From contig JAUSCZ010000032.1 of assembly GCA_030674475.1 (NCBI GenBank), positions 1-62,234 of the forward strand: 62,234 nucleotides of DNA, in the 5' to 3' direction. The translations under genes and the position numbers were made by a program. Each line of letters begins with the position of its first letter. Position 1 is the stretch's first letter. The stretch is from Candidatus Omnitrophota bacterium (GTDB lineage Bacteria > Omnitrophota > Gorgyraeia > Gygaellales > UBA12090). Shown in pieces: positions 44,823 to 54,040 of this stretch. The notes beneath the pieces are model-generated. The model had not been told where the DNA came from. It made no database searches and worked only from the letters and a program-made list of their open reading frames with translations.

Positions 44823-45743
44823 TTATTGTTCTAAAAGGCTTAGGGTGTACTTATTAATCATAGAGCAGGGATGATAAGAAAGCTTGGCTTTACGTAAACC
44901 CTCGATTCCTAAATCTTGCTCCATATTTACATAGCGAAAACTCACTCCCACGCGGGAGATAAACTCCTGAAGTATCGTCTGATATAATCCGGATATAGCG
45001 GGGTCGGCTTTAAGGATATGCATCACCACTGTATCCGGGCTTAGCTCCTGAGCGATAACAAGGGCGCGGATAACACCGTTTATTTGGATTGCCGCGCCGA
45101 TAAGGCCGAAAGAAGAGAAATTCTCTACCATATCTTTGATGGCGCGTTTTTCCTGGCTTAACCCCTCCACTTTATCACAATTCTTAACCGAACACCAGGC
45201 CTCTTCAAAATCCAGGCATAAGGCGACATTCCCGGCATCAAGGATAATATATTCGTAGGCGCGTTCGGATTTAAACTTTTTTATCAGGTTTCTCTTACCG
45301 TCATATTTCCTTCCGGGCAGGTTTATAAGGTCAGAGGCGCTGTAGAGATAATCCCAATTATCCCTATCCGGTTCAATCCGAAAACGCTTATCCTCAGCGA
45401 ACAATGCCCTGGCCTCTTCCGGGAGGCGGAAGAAAATTCCTCCGCTGTCCTTGAGTATCTTTTCAACCGAGGTTTTCATATCCCCTTTTCCGACAGGATT
45501 AAAAAACCGCTTGCGGCTTTCTGATTCCGAACAAAGAATAATCAGGCCATCAAAAAGTGAAACCCTTAAACTATAGGCCCGGCGCCAGGAATAAAGATTA
45601 GTAAAGGTAAACTCCGATATCGCCGGCGGTCTATCCTTAAACGCCCGATCAAATACCGCGGCATCGCTTAACTTGAGTTCCCTGAATTTCGGATAAATAT
45701 CAATACTCATAACGCGTATACGGGATAAAAAATAAAAGGGCAC
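44823..45743 (-). CDS. DUF2156 domain protein (MprF/LysX C-terminal aminoacyl-transferase-like, GNAT fold)
   Basis: 306 aa. FTFTNLYSWR and GKK/R..R N-terminal signatures recall DUF2156. Confidence 0.55.
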   Translation of the reverse strand: MPFYFLSRIRVMSIDIYPKFRELKLSDAAVFDRAFKDRPPAISEFTFTNLYSWRRAYSLRVSLFDGLIILCSESESRKRFFNPVGKGDMKTSVEKILKDSGGIFFRLPEEARALFAEDKRFRIEPDRDNWDYLYSASDLINLPGRKYDGKRNLIKKFKSERAYEYIILDAGNVALCLDFEEAWCSVKNCDKVEGLSQEKRAIKDMVENFSSFGLIGAAIQINGVIRALVIAQELSPDTVVMHILKADPAISGLYQTILQEFISRVGVSFRYVNMEQDLGIEGLRKAKLSYHPCSMINKYTLSLLEQ

Positions 45744-45797
45744 TTCTATAATAAAAAATAGAAATACCCTCTTCTGGCGCGGCAGAGCAGCAACTAT

Positions 45798-46895
45798 TTA
45801 TTTAAGACAACTTCGCGCCTCTTCTGTGAGTTCGGTAATCAGCTCTTTTACGGAGACTATTTTCTTAATCCGGTAGGCGTTACTGCCGCACATAGCAAAC
45901 CCGCTGTCTAACTGGCCCCGGTAGGCGCTAGTCAGCGCTTTCACAATACAGTAGTTGACCTTTTTAATGTCGCAAGTGGCTAAACACTTGGATTCGCATT
46001 TAAAATTTACCCGTTCTCCCGCGGATATCTTTCGGACAAAGTCATTAAGAATAACCCTTCCCGGCATCCCTACGGGGCTGTGAATAATCACGATATCTTC
46101 TTTCTTGGCGGACAAAAACGCTTCCTTGTATTTAATGTCGGCGTCGCACTCATAGGTGCAGACAAAACGGGTGCCCATCTGGACCCCGCTGGCGCCTAAG
46201 CGCATGACCCTGGCGATATCCTTGCCGTCAAAGATACCTCCGGCGGCGATAACGGGAATTTTTAACTTATCGTTTTCAAATTCGCGCGTAACCGCCAGCA
46301 CTTCTTGCAGGATCTTATCCAGATAAATATGTTTTTCATCCTTTAGCTCGGCCATGCTATAGCCCAAATGCCCTCCGGCAAGAGGACCCTCAACAACAAT
46401 AGCATCCGGCAGACGTTTATATCTTCTCTGCCACACACTACAGATAATGCGCGCCGCCCGGGAGGAAGACACAATGGGAACAAGCTTAGTCGTGTCGTTT
46501 TTAATCAGGGAAGGCAGTCTTAAAGGCAAGCCCGCTCCGGAAATAATTACATCCACGGATTCGGCCTGAGCCGCGTCCACCAAATCATCGTAATTGGTAA
46601 GGGCGCACATTATATTCACGCCAAATGGATTCTTCGTCAGGCTTCTGGTTTTTCTGATGGTATCTATAAATGCCGCGCGCGAACGTTTATTAAAATCCAT
46701 TTTCTCGCCTCCGGGCTCCTCTCCCAGCGCCACCGCGGCGATAACCCCTAATGCCCCTTCGTTGGCTACTGCCGAAGCTAATGAAGAAGCCGAAATTCGC
46801 ACCCCCATTCCACCCTGAATAATCGGTAACTCTATCGTTAAGTTACCCAACTTTAGACTCTTGAATTCATTACTCATTTGCTCTCCCGCCGCCAC
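45798..46895 (-). CDS. Nitronate monooxygenase / FabK-like FMN oxidoreductase (NPD family)
   Basis: 365 aa. PIIQGGMG, GGHLG and AAGGI..G motifs of the NPD/FabK TIM-barrel flavoenzymes. Confidence 0.75.
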   Translation of the reverse strand: MAAGEQMSNEFKSLKLGNLTIELPIIQGGMGVRISASSLASAVANEGALGVIAAVALGEEPGGEKMDFNKRSRAAFIDTIRKTRSLTKNPFGVNIMCALTNYDDLVDAAQAESVDVIISGAGLPLRLPSLIKNDTTKLVPIVSSSRAARIICSVWQRRYKRLPDAIVVEGPLAGGHLGYSMAELKDEKHIYLDKILQEVLAVTREFENDKLKIPVIAAGGIFDGKDIARVMRLGASGVQMGTRFVCTYECDADIKYKEAFLSAKKEDIVIIHSPVGMPGRVILNDFVRKISAGERVNFKCESKCLATCDIKKVNYCIVKALTSAYRGQLDSGFAMCGSNAYRIKKIVSVKELITELTEEARSCLK

Positions 46896-46983
46896 TATTT
46901 ACGCGCTAAAGAAAAACCATAAAGGTTAACAACTATACCCCTTTACAGCTCAAAATTTTCTAGTTTTCAGGTAATTTAGTTTT

Positions 46984-47011
46984 AGTATACCACCCAATCC
47001 GGCATTGTCAA
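46984..47011 (-). promoter_or_regulatory. Candidate sigma70-type promoter of the NPD-family gene
   Basis: Minus strand TTGACA-N16-TATACT. A tandem TTTCTGGTAA x2 lies just upstream (47019-47038). Confidence 0.5.
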
Positions 47012-47075
47012 AGATAATTTCTGGTAATTTCTGGTAAGGGTGGAAAGGGCCGGAATTATCACCCTGCGTTTAACC

Positions 47076-48356
47076 TTAGCCCGGTTTTTTCCTGCCTTTG
47101 GTTCGACCGCGCCCTTTTGGCTCACTTCGTTCGCTCAGGGCTGTCCTGAGCGGCCCTTCCACTCGTTTTACTCGTTCAGGATTAATCCTGCGTTTATCGA
47201 AGGACGAAGCCGAGGGATTAAACCTGGATCTTCGCGGACGCTCACTGCTTTTACTCCAAGGCTTAGTATCTCCCGCCGGTTTCTTCCACGACTTAAACTC
47301 TCCAGCGGTTTTCTGGCCGGGTTTAAATCCACCTTCAAACATCTTCCGAGGCCTTGAATTGCCTTCGGTTCTTTCCCAAGGTTTAAAATTATTCCTGGAC
47401 TTGCTCCAAGGTTTAGCCTCGCCTTCGGCTTTCCTCCAGGGACGTCTGTCTCCCTCCTCGGCCTTTTTCCAAGGCTTACCTTCACCAGGGCTTTTCTGCC
47501 AAGGCCCGGACTGATCTTCCCTTTTACGCCAAGGCTTAGTCTCTTCCGAGGGTTTCTTCCCAGATTCAAATCCGCCCTCAGGCCTCTTCCATGGTCTTGA
47601 CTGACTTTCGGTTCTTTCCCAAGGCTTAAAACCACTCCTTCTAGGCTTACTCCAGGGCTTAGCCTCTCCCTCAGCTTTCCTCCAAGGCTGACTGGCCCCT
47701 TCCTCAACCCTCTTCCAAGGTTTATGCTCACTCGGTCTTTTCTGCCAAGGCCTGGACTGATCTTCTCTTTTCCGCCAAGGCTTAGCCTCTCCCTGAGCTT
47801 TCTTCCCAGGTTCAAATCCGCTCTCAGGCCTCTTCCAGGGTCTTGACTGACCTTCGGTTCTTTCCCAAGGCTTAAAACCACTCCTTCTAGGCTTACTCCA
47901 GGGCTTAGCCTCTCCCCGTATCTCGGTTGAACCATCCCGCTTCATATAGCTCCCCGCACTCCTGGGGCCCCTATGTGTCCCAGACTTGTTAAAAGCCGGA
48001 TTAATCCAGGGTTTTCTCTGTTCTCTCTCTTCCCGGGGATACTGCTTGGCCTCATCCTTAACCTTTGGCCAAACCTTCTTCCCAGACTCGCTGCCCGACT
48101 GAATTTCTTTTTTTAGATACGCCGGATTGACCTTAAGAACCCGGCCCATGAATTCCTTACCGCTGAGAGCGGCTATCGCGGCGAGCGCCTGAGGCTCATC
48201 AGGCATCTCCACAAAACCGAATCCCCTAGCCTTAGGCGTTTTTTTCTCCTTCCGCGTCACGATCACCGCGGAAGCAACCTTCCCAAAACCCTCAAAAAGT
48301 TTCTTTATATCGTCTCCAGCTACGTCAAACGATAAATTACCTACAAATATATTCAT
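47076..48356 (-). CDS. RRM-domain RNA-binding protein with a long basic Trp/Pro/Lys tandem-repeat tail
   Basis: N-terminal ~80 aa is a canonical bacterial RRM (RNP2 IFVGNL, RNP1 RGFGFVEM). The remaining ~345 aa are low-complexity [KRQ]PW repeats. The last ~30 codons may translate a REP-like element. Confidence 0.8.
   Translation of the reverse strand: MNIFVGNLSFDVAGDDIKKLFEGFGKVASAVIVTRKEKKTPKARGFGFVEMPDEPQALAAIAALSGKEFMGRVLKVNPAYLKKEIQSGSESGKKVWPKVKDEAKQYPREEREQRKPWINPAFNKSGTHRGPRSAGSYMKRDGSTEIRGEAKPWSKPRRSGFKPWERTEGQSRPWKRPESGFEPGKKAQGEAKPWRKREDQSRPWQKRPSEHKPWKRVEEGASQPWRKAEGEAKPWSKPRRSGFKPWERTESQSRPWKRPEGGFESGKKPSEETKPWRKREDQSGPWQKSPGEGKPWKKAEEGDRRPWRKAEGEAKPWSKSRNNFKPWERTEGNSRPRKMFEGGFKPGQKTAGEFKSWKKPAGDTKPWSKSSERPRRSRFNPSASSFDKRRINPERVKRVEGPLRTALSERSEPKGRGRTKGRKKPG
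47200..47915. repeat. Tandem 246-bp (82-codon) coding repeat, two near-identical units plus one degenerate unit
   Basis: About 85-nt near-identical blocks start at 47581 and 47827 (246-bp period), with a degenerate third block near 47335. Protein units start GEAKPWSKPRRSGFKPWERTE. Confidence 0.85.
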
Positions 48357-48373
48357 ATTAATCTCCGGTGTCC

Positions 48374-48778
48374 CTATTTTGTTTTTTTCTTTGTTTTTCT
48401 TTTTAATGGTTCGACTGCGCTCACCATCAATCCTGAGCGTGGTCGAAGGATTGATTTAACCAAAGAGCATAATGAATTTACCATCGGCGACAATTTCCCG
48501 TTTTCATAGGGAAATTCTTTACAGTGCGCCGGTTTTAAGCTGTAATCAATTTTATGAATAGCGCACAGCCCTTCCAAAGTAAGAAAAGAACAAGAATTAT
48601 CTTCATAGCTCGTTCCCACTCTATAGCCGGAAGGAAAATCTTTATCCGGCTCAAGATGATAAAAAATACCTTTTAATCCCAGGGTTGATATTTTTTTAGC
48701 CTCTTCCAAATCCACCCACGCTCCAAAACTACAACAAGAACTCTGCTCTTCGCATTTCACGCAATCAATCTTCTTCAT
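48374..48778 (-). CDS. YkgJ-family cysteine-cluster protein (UPF0153-like)
   Basis: 134 aa. N-terminal CVKCEEQSSCC and later C..H......KP..C..FP motifs. The C-terminal ~20 codons probably run into a REP-like element. Confidence 0.6.
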   Translation of the reverse strand: MKKIDCVKCEEQSSCCSFGAWVDLEEAKKISTLGLKGIFYHLEPDKDFPSGYRVGTSYEDNSCSFLTLEGLCAIHKIDYSLKPAHCKEFPYENGKLSPMVNSLCSLVKSILRPRSGLMVSAVEPLKRKTKKKTK

Positions 48779-48840
48779 TGCTTTGTGCCCCCTCTCTCTT
48801 TACAAAATAGAATCTAAGGCCGCGGAAAACTTAATTCACC

Positions 48841-48939
48841 GGCTTATGGCTTTGGGCTATATGGAAAGCCAAACCATCGCCCTCTGGCTTATGGCTTTGG
48901 CTATATTGAAGGCCAAACCCTGCCTACCGGACAGGCAGG
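48841..48939. repeat. Tandem ~46-nt repeat pair plus hairpin in the yajQ-ykgJ spacer
   Basis: ggcttatggctttgggctatatggaaagccaaacc (48841-48875) and ggcttatggctttggctatattgaaggccaaaccc (48886-48920), then the hairpin cctgcct-accggac-aggcagg. Confidence 0.75.
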
Positions 48940-48954
48940 CATTGCCTTCCCGGC

Positions 48955-49449
48955 TTAACGATAATTACAAAAACTAAGCGGTAGAGAAAAATCTAATCCT
49001 CTTAAATGCGCGATAACAGCCTGCAAATCATCTTTCTTCGGAGAGCTGACCTTGATTTTTTCCCCTTCAATTTGAGTTTGGGCTTTCAGGCCGAGCCCCT
49101 TTATGACTCCGGTCAACTCTTTCGCTTTTTCCTTATCAATACCCATATATATTGTTACCGTTTGACGAAGATAGCCCTCAAACGCGTTTTGCGGGTCATC
49201 AAATTTCAGGGATTTAAGAGAAATGTTTCTTTTGGCCATCCGGGTAACCAAAATATCGGTGAGCCCGCGCAATTTAAAATCGTTATCCGCGATCAAGGTG
49301 ATTTTCTTCTCAGTCCGGTCGTAGGTGATGGAAGCCTTGCTGTCCTTAAAGTCATACCGCTGGGCCAGTTCTTTATTCGCCTGGTTTACCGCATTATCCA
49401 TTTCCTGCAGGTCAACCTCAGAAACAATATCAAAGGAAAAATTAGCCAT
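48955..49449 (-). CDS. yajQ: YajQ-family nucleotide-binding protein (UPF0234)
   Basis: 164 aa. N-terminal SFDIVSEVDLQE..NAV.QA.KE...RYDFK signature. Confidence 0.85.
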   Translation of the reverse strand: MANFSFDIVSEVDLQEMDNAVNQANKELAQRYDFKDSKASITYDRTEKKITLIADNDFKLRGLTDILVTRMAKRNISLKSLKFDDPQNAFEGYLRQTVTIYMGIDKEKAKELTGVIKGLGLKAQTQIEGEKIKVSSPKKDDLQAVIAHLRGLDFSLPLSFCNYR

Positions 49450-49483
49450 AAGTTACATCCTCCTCATCGCCTCGCGCGTATAT

Positions 49484-50431
49484 TCACAGCTTAACCAGCA
49501 AGGCGGCTAAATAGCTTTCCCGCGCAAGTCCGCTCCCGGGGAAATCTTCATCCTGTCCCATCCGTGTAATTGTTTTTATCCGTCGCGGGATCGCTGCCGC
49601 CCTAAGCATATCCTCTAAATTATCACAGGACACTTCACTAAAGTTTGTTGAAACGAACAAAAACCCATCAGGATTAAGCGCCTTAATTGCCAAAGCAATC
49701 AACTGAGCTAAATCCTTCTTTACGCTGAAAGCTTTACCATCATACCTGGAAAACGAAGGAGGGTCAAGAACGATCAAATCAAAACGATTATCTTTAACCA
49801 ATGCCCGCTTTAAATAGTGATTCGCGTCGGCGCGGATAAATTCATTCCGGGCGTAACTCAAGCGGTTAAGCTCATAATTTAGTTGGCCGCGGGATAAGCT
49901 CTTTCGGCTGATATCCACATTTACCACGCTCGATGAGCCGGCAGACAGACAATACACCCCAAAAGAACAGGTATAGGCGAAACAGTTCAACACCTCGCGG
50001 CCCTTGGCTAACCCGGAAACGACCTTGCGATTATGGCGCATATCCAGGAATAATCCGCTATTGACAGCGTCGTTTAAATCCACGCTAAACTTTAAGCCGT
50101 TCTCCCGGACAATCGTATCTGAGGCATCATTTTCTATTAAAACGCGGGCATAAATCGCTTCGGGGCCTGAAGAAACAGATTCAGTCCGGTCTTTCACAAT
50201 CATATACCGCGCGTCAAAACGCGCCTTCACAAAACCAGCTAAAGCCTTTTCCTCGGCGAACCATTTCTTCTGAAAAATATGCGCGGCAAAATGGCGGTTA
50301 TACTGCTCCAAAACCAAGCCGGCTAAACCATCCCCCAGGCCATTAACTAAGCGCAAGGCGTTGGTCTGCCTCCTAAGCGGCTGGCGCCTATCAATTGCCG
50401 CTTGCAACAAATTAATAGTCTTACCATCCAT
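49484..50431 (-). CDS. Class I SAM-dependent methyltransferase (RlmI/YwbD-like rRNA m5C methyltransferase lacking PUA)
   Basis: 315 aa. VLNCFAYTCSFGV and DLIVLDPPSF motifs. Confidence 0.7.
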   Translation of the reverse strand: MDGKTINLLQAAIDRRQPLRRQTNALRLVNGLGDGLAGLVLEQYNRHFAAHIFQKKWFAEEKALAGFVKARFDARYMIVKDRTESVSSGPEAIYARVLIENDASDTIVRENGLKFSVDLNDAVNSGLFLDMRHNRKVVSGLAKGREVLNCFAYTCSFGVYCLSAGSSSVVNVDISRKSLSRGQLNYELNRLSYARNEFIRADANHYLKRALVKDNRFDLIVLDPPSFSRYDGKAFSVKKDLAQLIALAIKALNPDGFLFVSTNFSEVSCDNLEDMLRAAAIPRRIKTITRMGQDEDFPGSGLARESYLAALLVKL

Positions 50432-50474
50432 TACTTAATTTTGTTTCTTAAGACAACAATCCCGGTGAAAATTT

Positions 50475-52379
50475 CTATTTTGATAACTCCTCTAAATACT
50501 CCCATCGCTCATATGCCTTTTGGAGCTCATCGGAGAGGGACGCGGATTTAGCTTTAGTGAGCGCGATGTGGGCGGGGTCGCTCTGGTAAAAGGCAAAATC
50601 AGCCAGAAGGCTATAGACCTCTTCCTGCTGGGCCTCTAATTTCTCTATTACTGAGGAAAGGCTGTCTAACTCGCGTTGTTCTTTAAATGAAAGTTTTCGC
50701 GCGGGGACAGGTTTTTTCGGTGAAATAATTTCTTTCGCGGCCCTTATTTTTGACGGTCCGGGCAAAGAGGGCTTCCTCTGGCTTAACCAATCATCGTAGC
50801 CGCCGGGATACTCATTAATCACCCCATCCCCCTCCAGAACCATAGTAGAGGTTACCACATTATTAAGGAAGACCCGGTCATGGCTGACCAGAAGGAGCGT
50901 GCCGGGATACTCCAGCAATAATTCTTCCAACAGCTCCAGGGTCTCGATATCCAGATCATTCGTCGGCTCGTCCATTACCAGAACATTAGAAGGCTTGGTA
51001 AAAAGCCGGGCCAGAAAAAGGCGGTTTCGTTCCCCGCCCGAAAGGACTTTGACCGGCGTGCGCGAGCGCTCAGGGGTAAAAAGAAAATCCTGCAAATACC
51101 CGATAATGTGCCTGGGTTTACCGTTAATGATGATAGTGTCGGATTCACCGTTTATATTCTGGGCAACGGTCTTGTCTTCTTCCAATTGCTCGCGGAGCTG
51201 ATCGTAATAGGCAATCTGGAGGTTAGTCCCCAGGCTCACCGTCCCTTTTTGGGGAGCGAGCTCACCCAATAAGAGCCGCAGTAAGGTCGTCTTGCCGCTG
51301 CCGTTGGGCCCGATCAGGCCAATCTTATCACCGCGCGTTATCCGGGTGGTAAAATCCCGAATCAAGCATTTGTCCGCGTAACTAAAACCCAGTTGAAAAA
51401 CCTTAATCACCCGGTGACCGGAAAGATCAACTTTCTGCGTCCGCATGCGAACCTGGCCGATAGCCTTACGTTGGGCTTTCTTTTCTTCTCTTAAGCGCTC
51501 TAGCGCCTTAATCCGGCCTTCATTGCGGCACCGTCTGGCTTTGACTCCCTTACGAATCCAAATCTCTTCCTCGGCTAATTTCTTATCAAAATGTTCCCAG
51601 CGGGCCTCCTCAATATCCAGCGCCGCTTGTTTACGCTCAAGGAAGATTTTATAATCGCATGACCAGCTAAAGATCTTTCCCCGGTCAAGCTCAAGAATCC
51701 TCGTAGCCAGGCGAGTCATAAACATCCGGTCATGCGTAACAAAGAAAACAGTGCCGGGATAATTAAGCAGGAATCCTTCCAGCCAGAGCATTGAATCTAT
51801 ATCCAGGTGGTTCGTCGGTTCATCCAGCAGTAAAACCTCAGGTTTTAGCACCAGGGCCCTGGCCAAAAGAGCGCGCCGCTTTTGGCCGCCGGATAAGCGC
51901 TGAAAATCGCCCTCCGGATCAAGCTTCATCTTCGCGATAACATCCTCAACCTGATTGTTCACGTCCCAGCCGCCGGTAGAGTCCAGTTTGGATTGCAGGT
52001 CATCAAGCTGGCGCAATAATTCCGGAGTATGTTCAGTCTCTAGACGATGAGTAAGATGATGATGCCGGCTTAAAAGATCCGCGCGTTCCCCAAGACCCGA
52101 AAGGACAATATCAAAAACAGTGCCCTTGATATCCGCGGGGACTTCCTGCGGCAAATGGGTAATCTGAATACCTTTTTGCCGGATAACCATGCCGTCGTCA
52201 AGCTGTTGTTGGCCGGTGAGCACCTTCATCAGGGTCGTTTTCCCGGCGCCATTACGGCCAAGCAGGGCAATCCGTTCACCGGACTCCAACTGCAGGCTCA
52301 ACCGATCAAAGATAATCGGGCCGTCAAACTTCAGAACAGCTTCCTGTAAACTAATTAAAGCCATATACTTCCTTACCAA
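50475..52379 (-). CDS. uup: ABC-F family ATPase (Uup-like, with C-terminal coiled-coil domain)
   Basis: 634 aa. Two ABC cassettes (GRNGAGKTT / GPNGSGKTT, LSGGQ/LSGGE), no TM domain, charged linker. Confidence 0.9.
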   Translation of the reverse strand: MVRKYMALISLQEAVLKFDGPIIFDRLSLQLESGERIALLGRNGAGKTTLMKVLTGQQQLDDGMVIRQKGIQITHLPQEVPADIKGTVFDIVLSGLGERADLLSRHHHLTHRLETEHTPELLRQLDDLQSKLDSTGGWDVNNQVEDVIAKMKLDPEGDFQRLSGGQKRRALLARALVLKPEVLLLDEPTNHLDIDSMLWLEGFLLNYPGTVFFVTHDRMFMTRLATRILELDRGKIFSWSCDYKIFLERKQAALDIEEARWEHFDKKLAEEEIWIRKGVKARRCRNEGRIKALERLREEKKAQRKAIGQVRMRTQKVDLSGHRVIKVFQLGFSYADKCLIRDFTTRITRGDKIGLIGPNGSGKTTLLRLLLGELAPQKGTVSLGTNLQIAYYDQLREQLEEDKTVAQNINGESDTIIINGKPRHIIGYLQDFLFTPERSRTPVKVLSGGERNRLFLARLFTKPSNVLVMDEPTNDLDIETLELLEELLLEYPGTLLLVSHDRVFLNNVVTSTMVLEGDGVINEYPGGYDDWLSQRKPSLPGPSKIRAAKEIISPKKPVPARKLSFKEQRELDSLSSVIEKLEAQQEEVYSLLADFAFYQSDPAHIALTKAKSASLSDELQKAYERWEYLEELSK

Positions 52380-52382
52380 TTA

Positions 52383-52419
52383 TAAAAAGGACCCGGCTCT
52401 AAAAAAGATGCCGGGCCCT
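52383..52419 (-). terminator. Intrinsic terminator downstream of csp copy 2
   Basis: Minus-strand GGGCCCGGC-loop-GCCGGGUCC (one mismatch) followed by UUUUU. Confidence 0.7.
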
Positions 52420-52433
52420 GTTTAATCCCAAGA

Positions 52434-52634
52434 TTACAGCTTGACTACATTCGTAGCCTGCTCGCCTTTAGGGCCTTGTTCAATTTCAAACTCGACCTGC
52501 TGGCCTTCAGCTAAAGACTTGTAACCATCACCCTTAATCGATGAATGATGCACAAAAACATCCTTCCCGTTTTCCGGAGTGACGAATCCATAACCTTTCT
52601 GATCGCTGAACCATTTTACTGTTCCTTTTGCCAT
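52434..52634 (-). CDS. cspA: Cold-shock protein (CspA family), copy 2
   Basis: 66 aa. KGYGFV and VFVHH motifs. About 80% identical to copy 1 by eye. Confidence 0.95.
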   Translation of the reverse strand: MAKGTVKWFSDQKGYGFVTPENGKDVFVHHSSIKGDGYKSLAEGQQVEFEIEQGPKGEQATNVVKL

Positions 52635-52737
52635 TGTTTATTACCTCCTTTTCGCTAAATTTAGTAAACTGCTAGAAATCCGCGTCATCTTGACCTGATT
52701 AGAATCCGAGGATTCCTAACGGAGCAAACAATGACAA

Positions 52738-52778
52738 ATAAAAAAACCGCAAGGTCAGATATCCTGTCCTCACGGCTA
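52738..52778 (-). promoter_or_regulatory. Terminator-like attenuator hairpin in the csp-2 leader
   Basis: RNA CCGUGAGGACAG-GAUAU-CUGACCUUGCGG (about 11 bp including G-U pairs) followed by U7, starting about 22 nt after the predicted TSS. It shares the 5' arm CCGUGAGG with csp-1. Confidence 0.6.
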
Positions 52779-52803
52779 AGACTTCTAAACTTTTACTAAC
52801 CAT

Positions 52804-52831
52804 ATTATACCAGTGTTTCGCGACTTGTCAA
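52804..52831 (-). promoter_or_regulatory. Consensus sigma70-type promoter of csp-2
   Basis: Minus strand TTGACA-N16-TATAAT with an AT-rich UP-like tract upstream. Implies a 5' UTR of about 160 nt. Confidence 0.7.
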
Positions 52832-52874
52832 TGAATATTTTTATTTTGTTTTTTTTGTTTGGTTTTGTTCATCC

Positions 52875-53957
52875 TCAAAACCATTTCTTCTTCTTGAAAT
52901 ACGCCACCATGCCGGTAACCACCATAGCCATTAAAGATAAGACAAACAAATAGCCAAAAGGCCAGTTAAGTTCAGGCATATTAAATCGTGAGCCTTGAGT
53001 ATTAAAATTCATCCCGTAAATCCCCGCGATAAACGTCAAAGGCATAAAAATCGTAGCAATAATCGTAAGCACCTTCATAACCTCGTTAAGGTGATGACTT
53101 AGGCTGGATAAATAAATATCCAGCATACCCGAAGCAGTATCCCTAAACGCCTCTATAGTATCAATGGCCTGAATAATATGGTCCTGGATATCGCGATAGT
53201 AGACCAGCGTCTGTTCCCGGATGAGCGTGGATTCGCTTTGGGTTATCGCGCGGATGACTTCCCGAAGCGGCCAAACTGATTTTCTTAAGAAAATAAGGTT
53301 CCTCTTCATTTTGTTAATTGAATTTAAGATGGCTGAATCCGGTTTAAGCATCAGAGATTCTTCAATTAATTCAATCTTCTCGCTCACTTTTTCCAAAATC
53401 ACAAAATAGTTATCAACAATCGCGTCCAGGAGCGCGTAGGCCAGGTAATCCGCCTTCATTTTCCGGATGCGGCCTTTGCCGGCGCGTATCCTTTGCCGGA
53501 TCACATCAAAGACATCGCCTTCTCTGTCCTCCTGAAAGGTAATAACAAAATTATCACCCAGGATAATGCTTACCTGCTCTTCAATAATATCGTCGTTTGT
53601 TTCATCCAATGAGAGCATTTTTGCCGCGATATAAATATAATCCCCAAAATCCTCCACCTTCGGCCGCTGATTTATATTTAATATATCCTCCAGAACCAGA
53701 TGATGCACCAGATAGCACGCGCTCAACTTCTCCAGGACATCAACACGATGTATGCCGTCAACGTTTATCCAGGTAACGGTAGGCTTATCCTTAAAAGGAA
53801 AACACTCCTCAACATCATTAACAACTTTTTCCGCGCAGGCCTCTCCATCATAATCAAAAACAGTTATTTTTACCTTGTCGGTCTTTGCTTTTCCCTCATA
53901 AAGAAGGGTCTCCGGCGGCTGGCCCAATATTTTTGATTTTTTAATAAGTTTTGTCAT
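52875..53957 (-). CDS. corA: Magnesium/cobalt transporter CorA
   Basis: 360 aa. YGMNF signature before the last TM helix, two C-terminal TMs. Confidence 0.9.
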   Translation of the reverse strand: MTKLIKKSKILGQPPETLLYEGKAKTDKVKITVFDYDGEACAEKVVNDVEECFPFKDKPTVTWINVDGIHRVDVLEKLSACYLVHHLVLEDILNINQRPKVEDFGDYIYIAAKMLSLDETNDDIIEEQVSIILGDNFVITFQEDREGDVFDVIRQRIRAGKGRIRKMKADYLAYALLDAIVDNYFVILEKVSEKIELIEESLMLKPDSAILNSINKMKRNLIFLRKSVWPLREVIRAITQSESTLIREQTLVYYRDIQDHIIQAIDTIEAFRDTASGMLDIYLSSLSHHLNEVMKVLTIIATIFMPLTFIAGIYGMNFNTQGSRFNMPELNWPFGYLFVLSLMAMVVTGMVAYFKKKKWF

Positions 53958-54040
53958 TGGCTATCCCTTTAAAACGATTTCCCTGACAAAAAGCGGCAAT
54001 GAGGTATCGTGCCTTCCGTCAATTACCAGGGTAATTATTT

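Noticed and set aside
47098-47935. Alternative-frame ORFs over the RRM repeat region (47168..47935 minus strand, 47098..47514 and 47040..47357 plus strand).
   Set aside because: - Long open frames in several phases are expected in low-complexity tandem repeats.
- Only the frame continuous with the canonical RRM domain has a start, an RBS context and a recognisable domain.
53958-54040. Possible Mg2+ (M-box) riboswitch upstream of corA.
   Set aside because: The spacer is only 83 nt, far shorter than an M-box aptamer, and I could not find the conserved M-box blocks.
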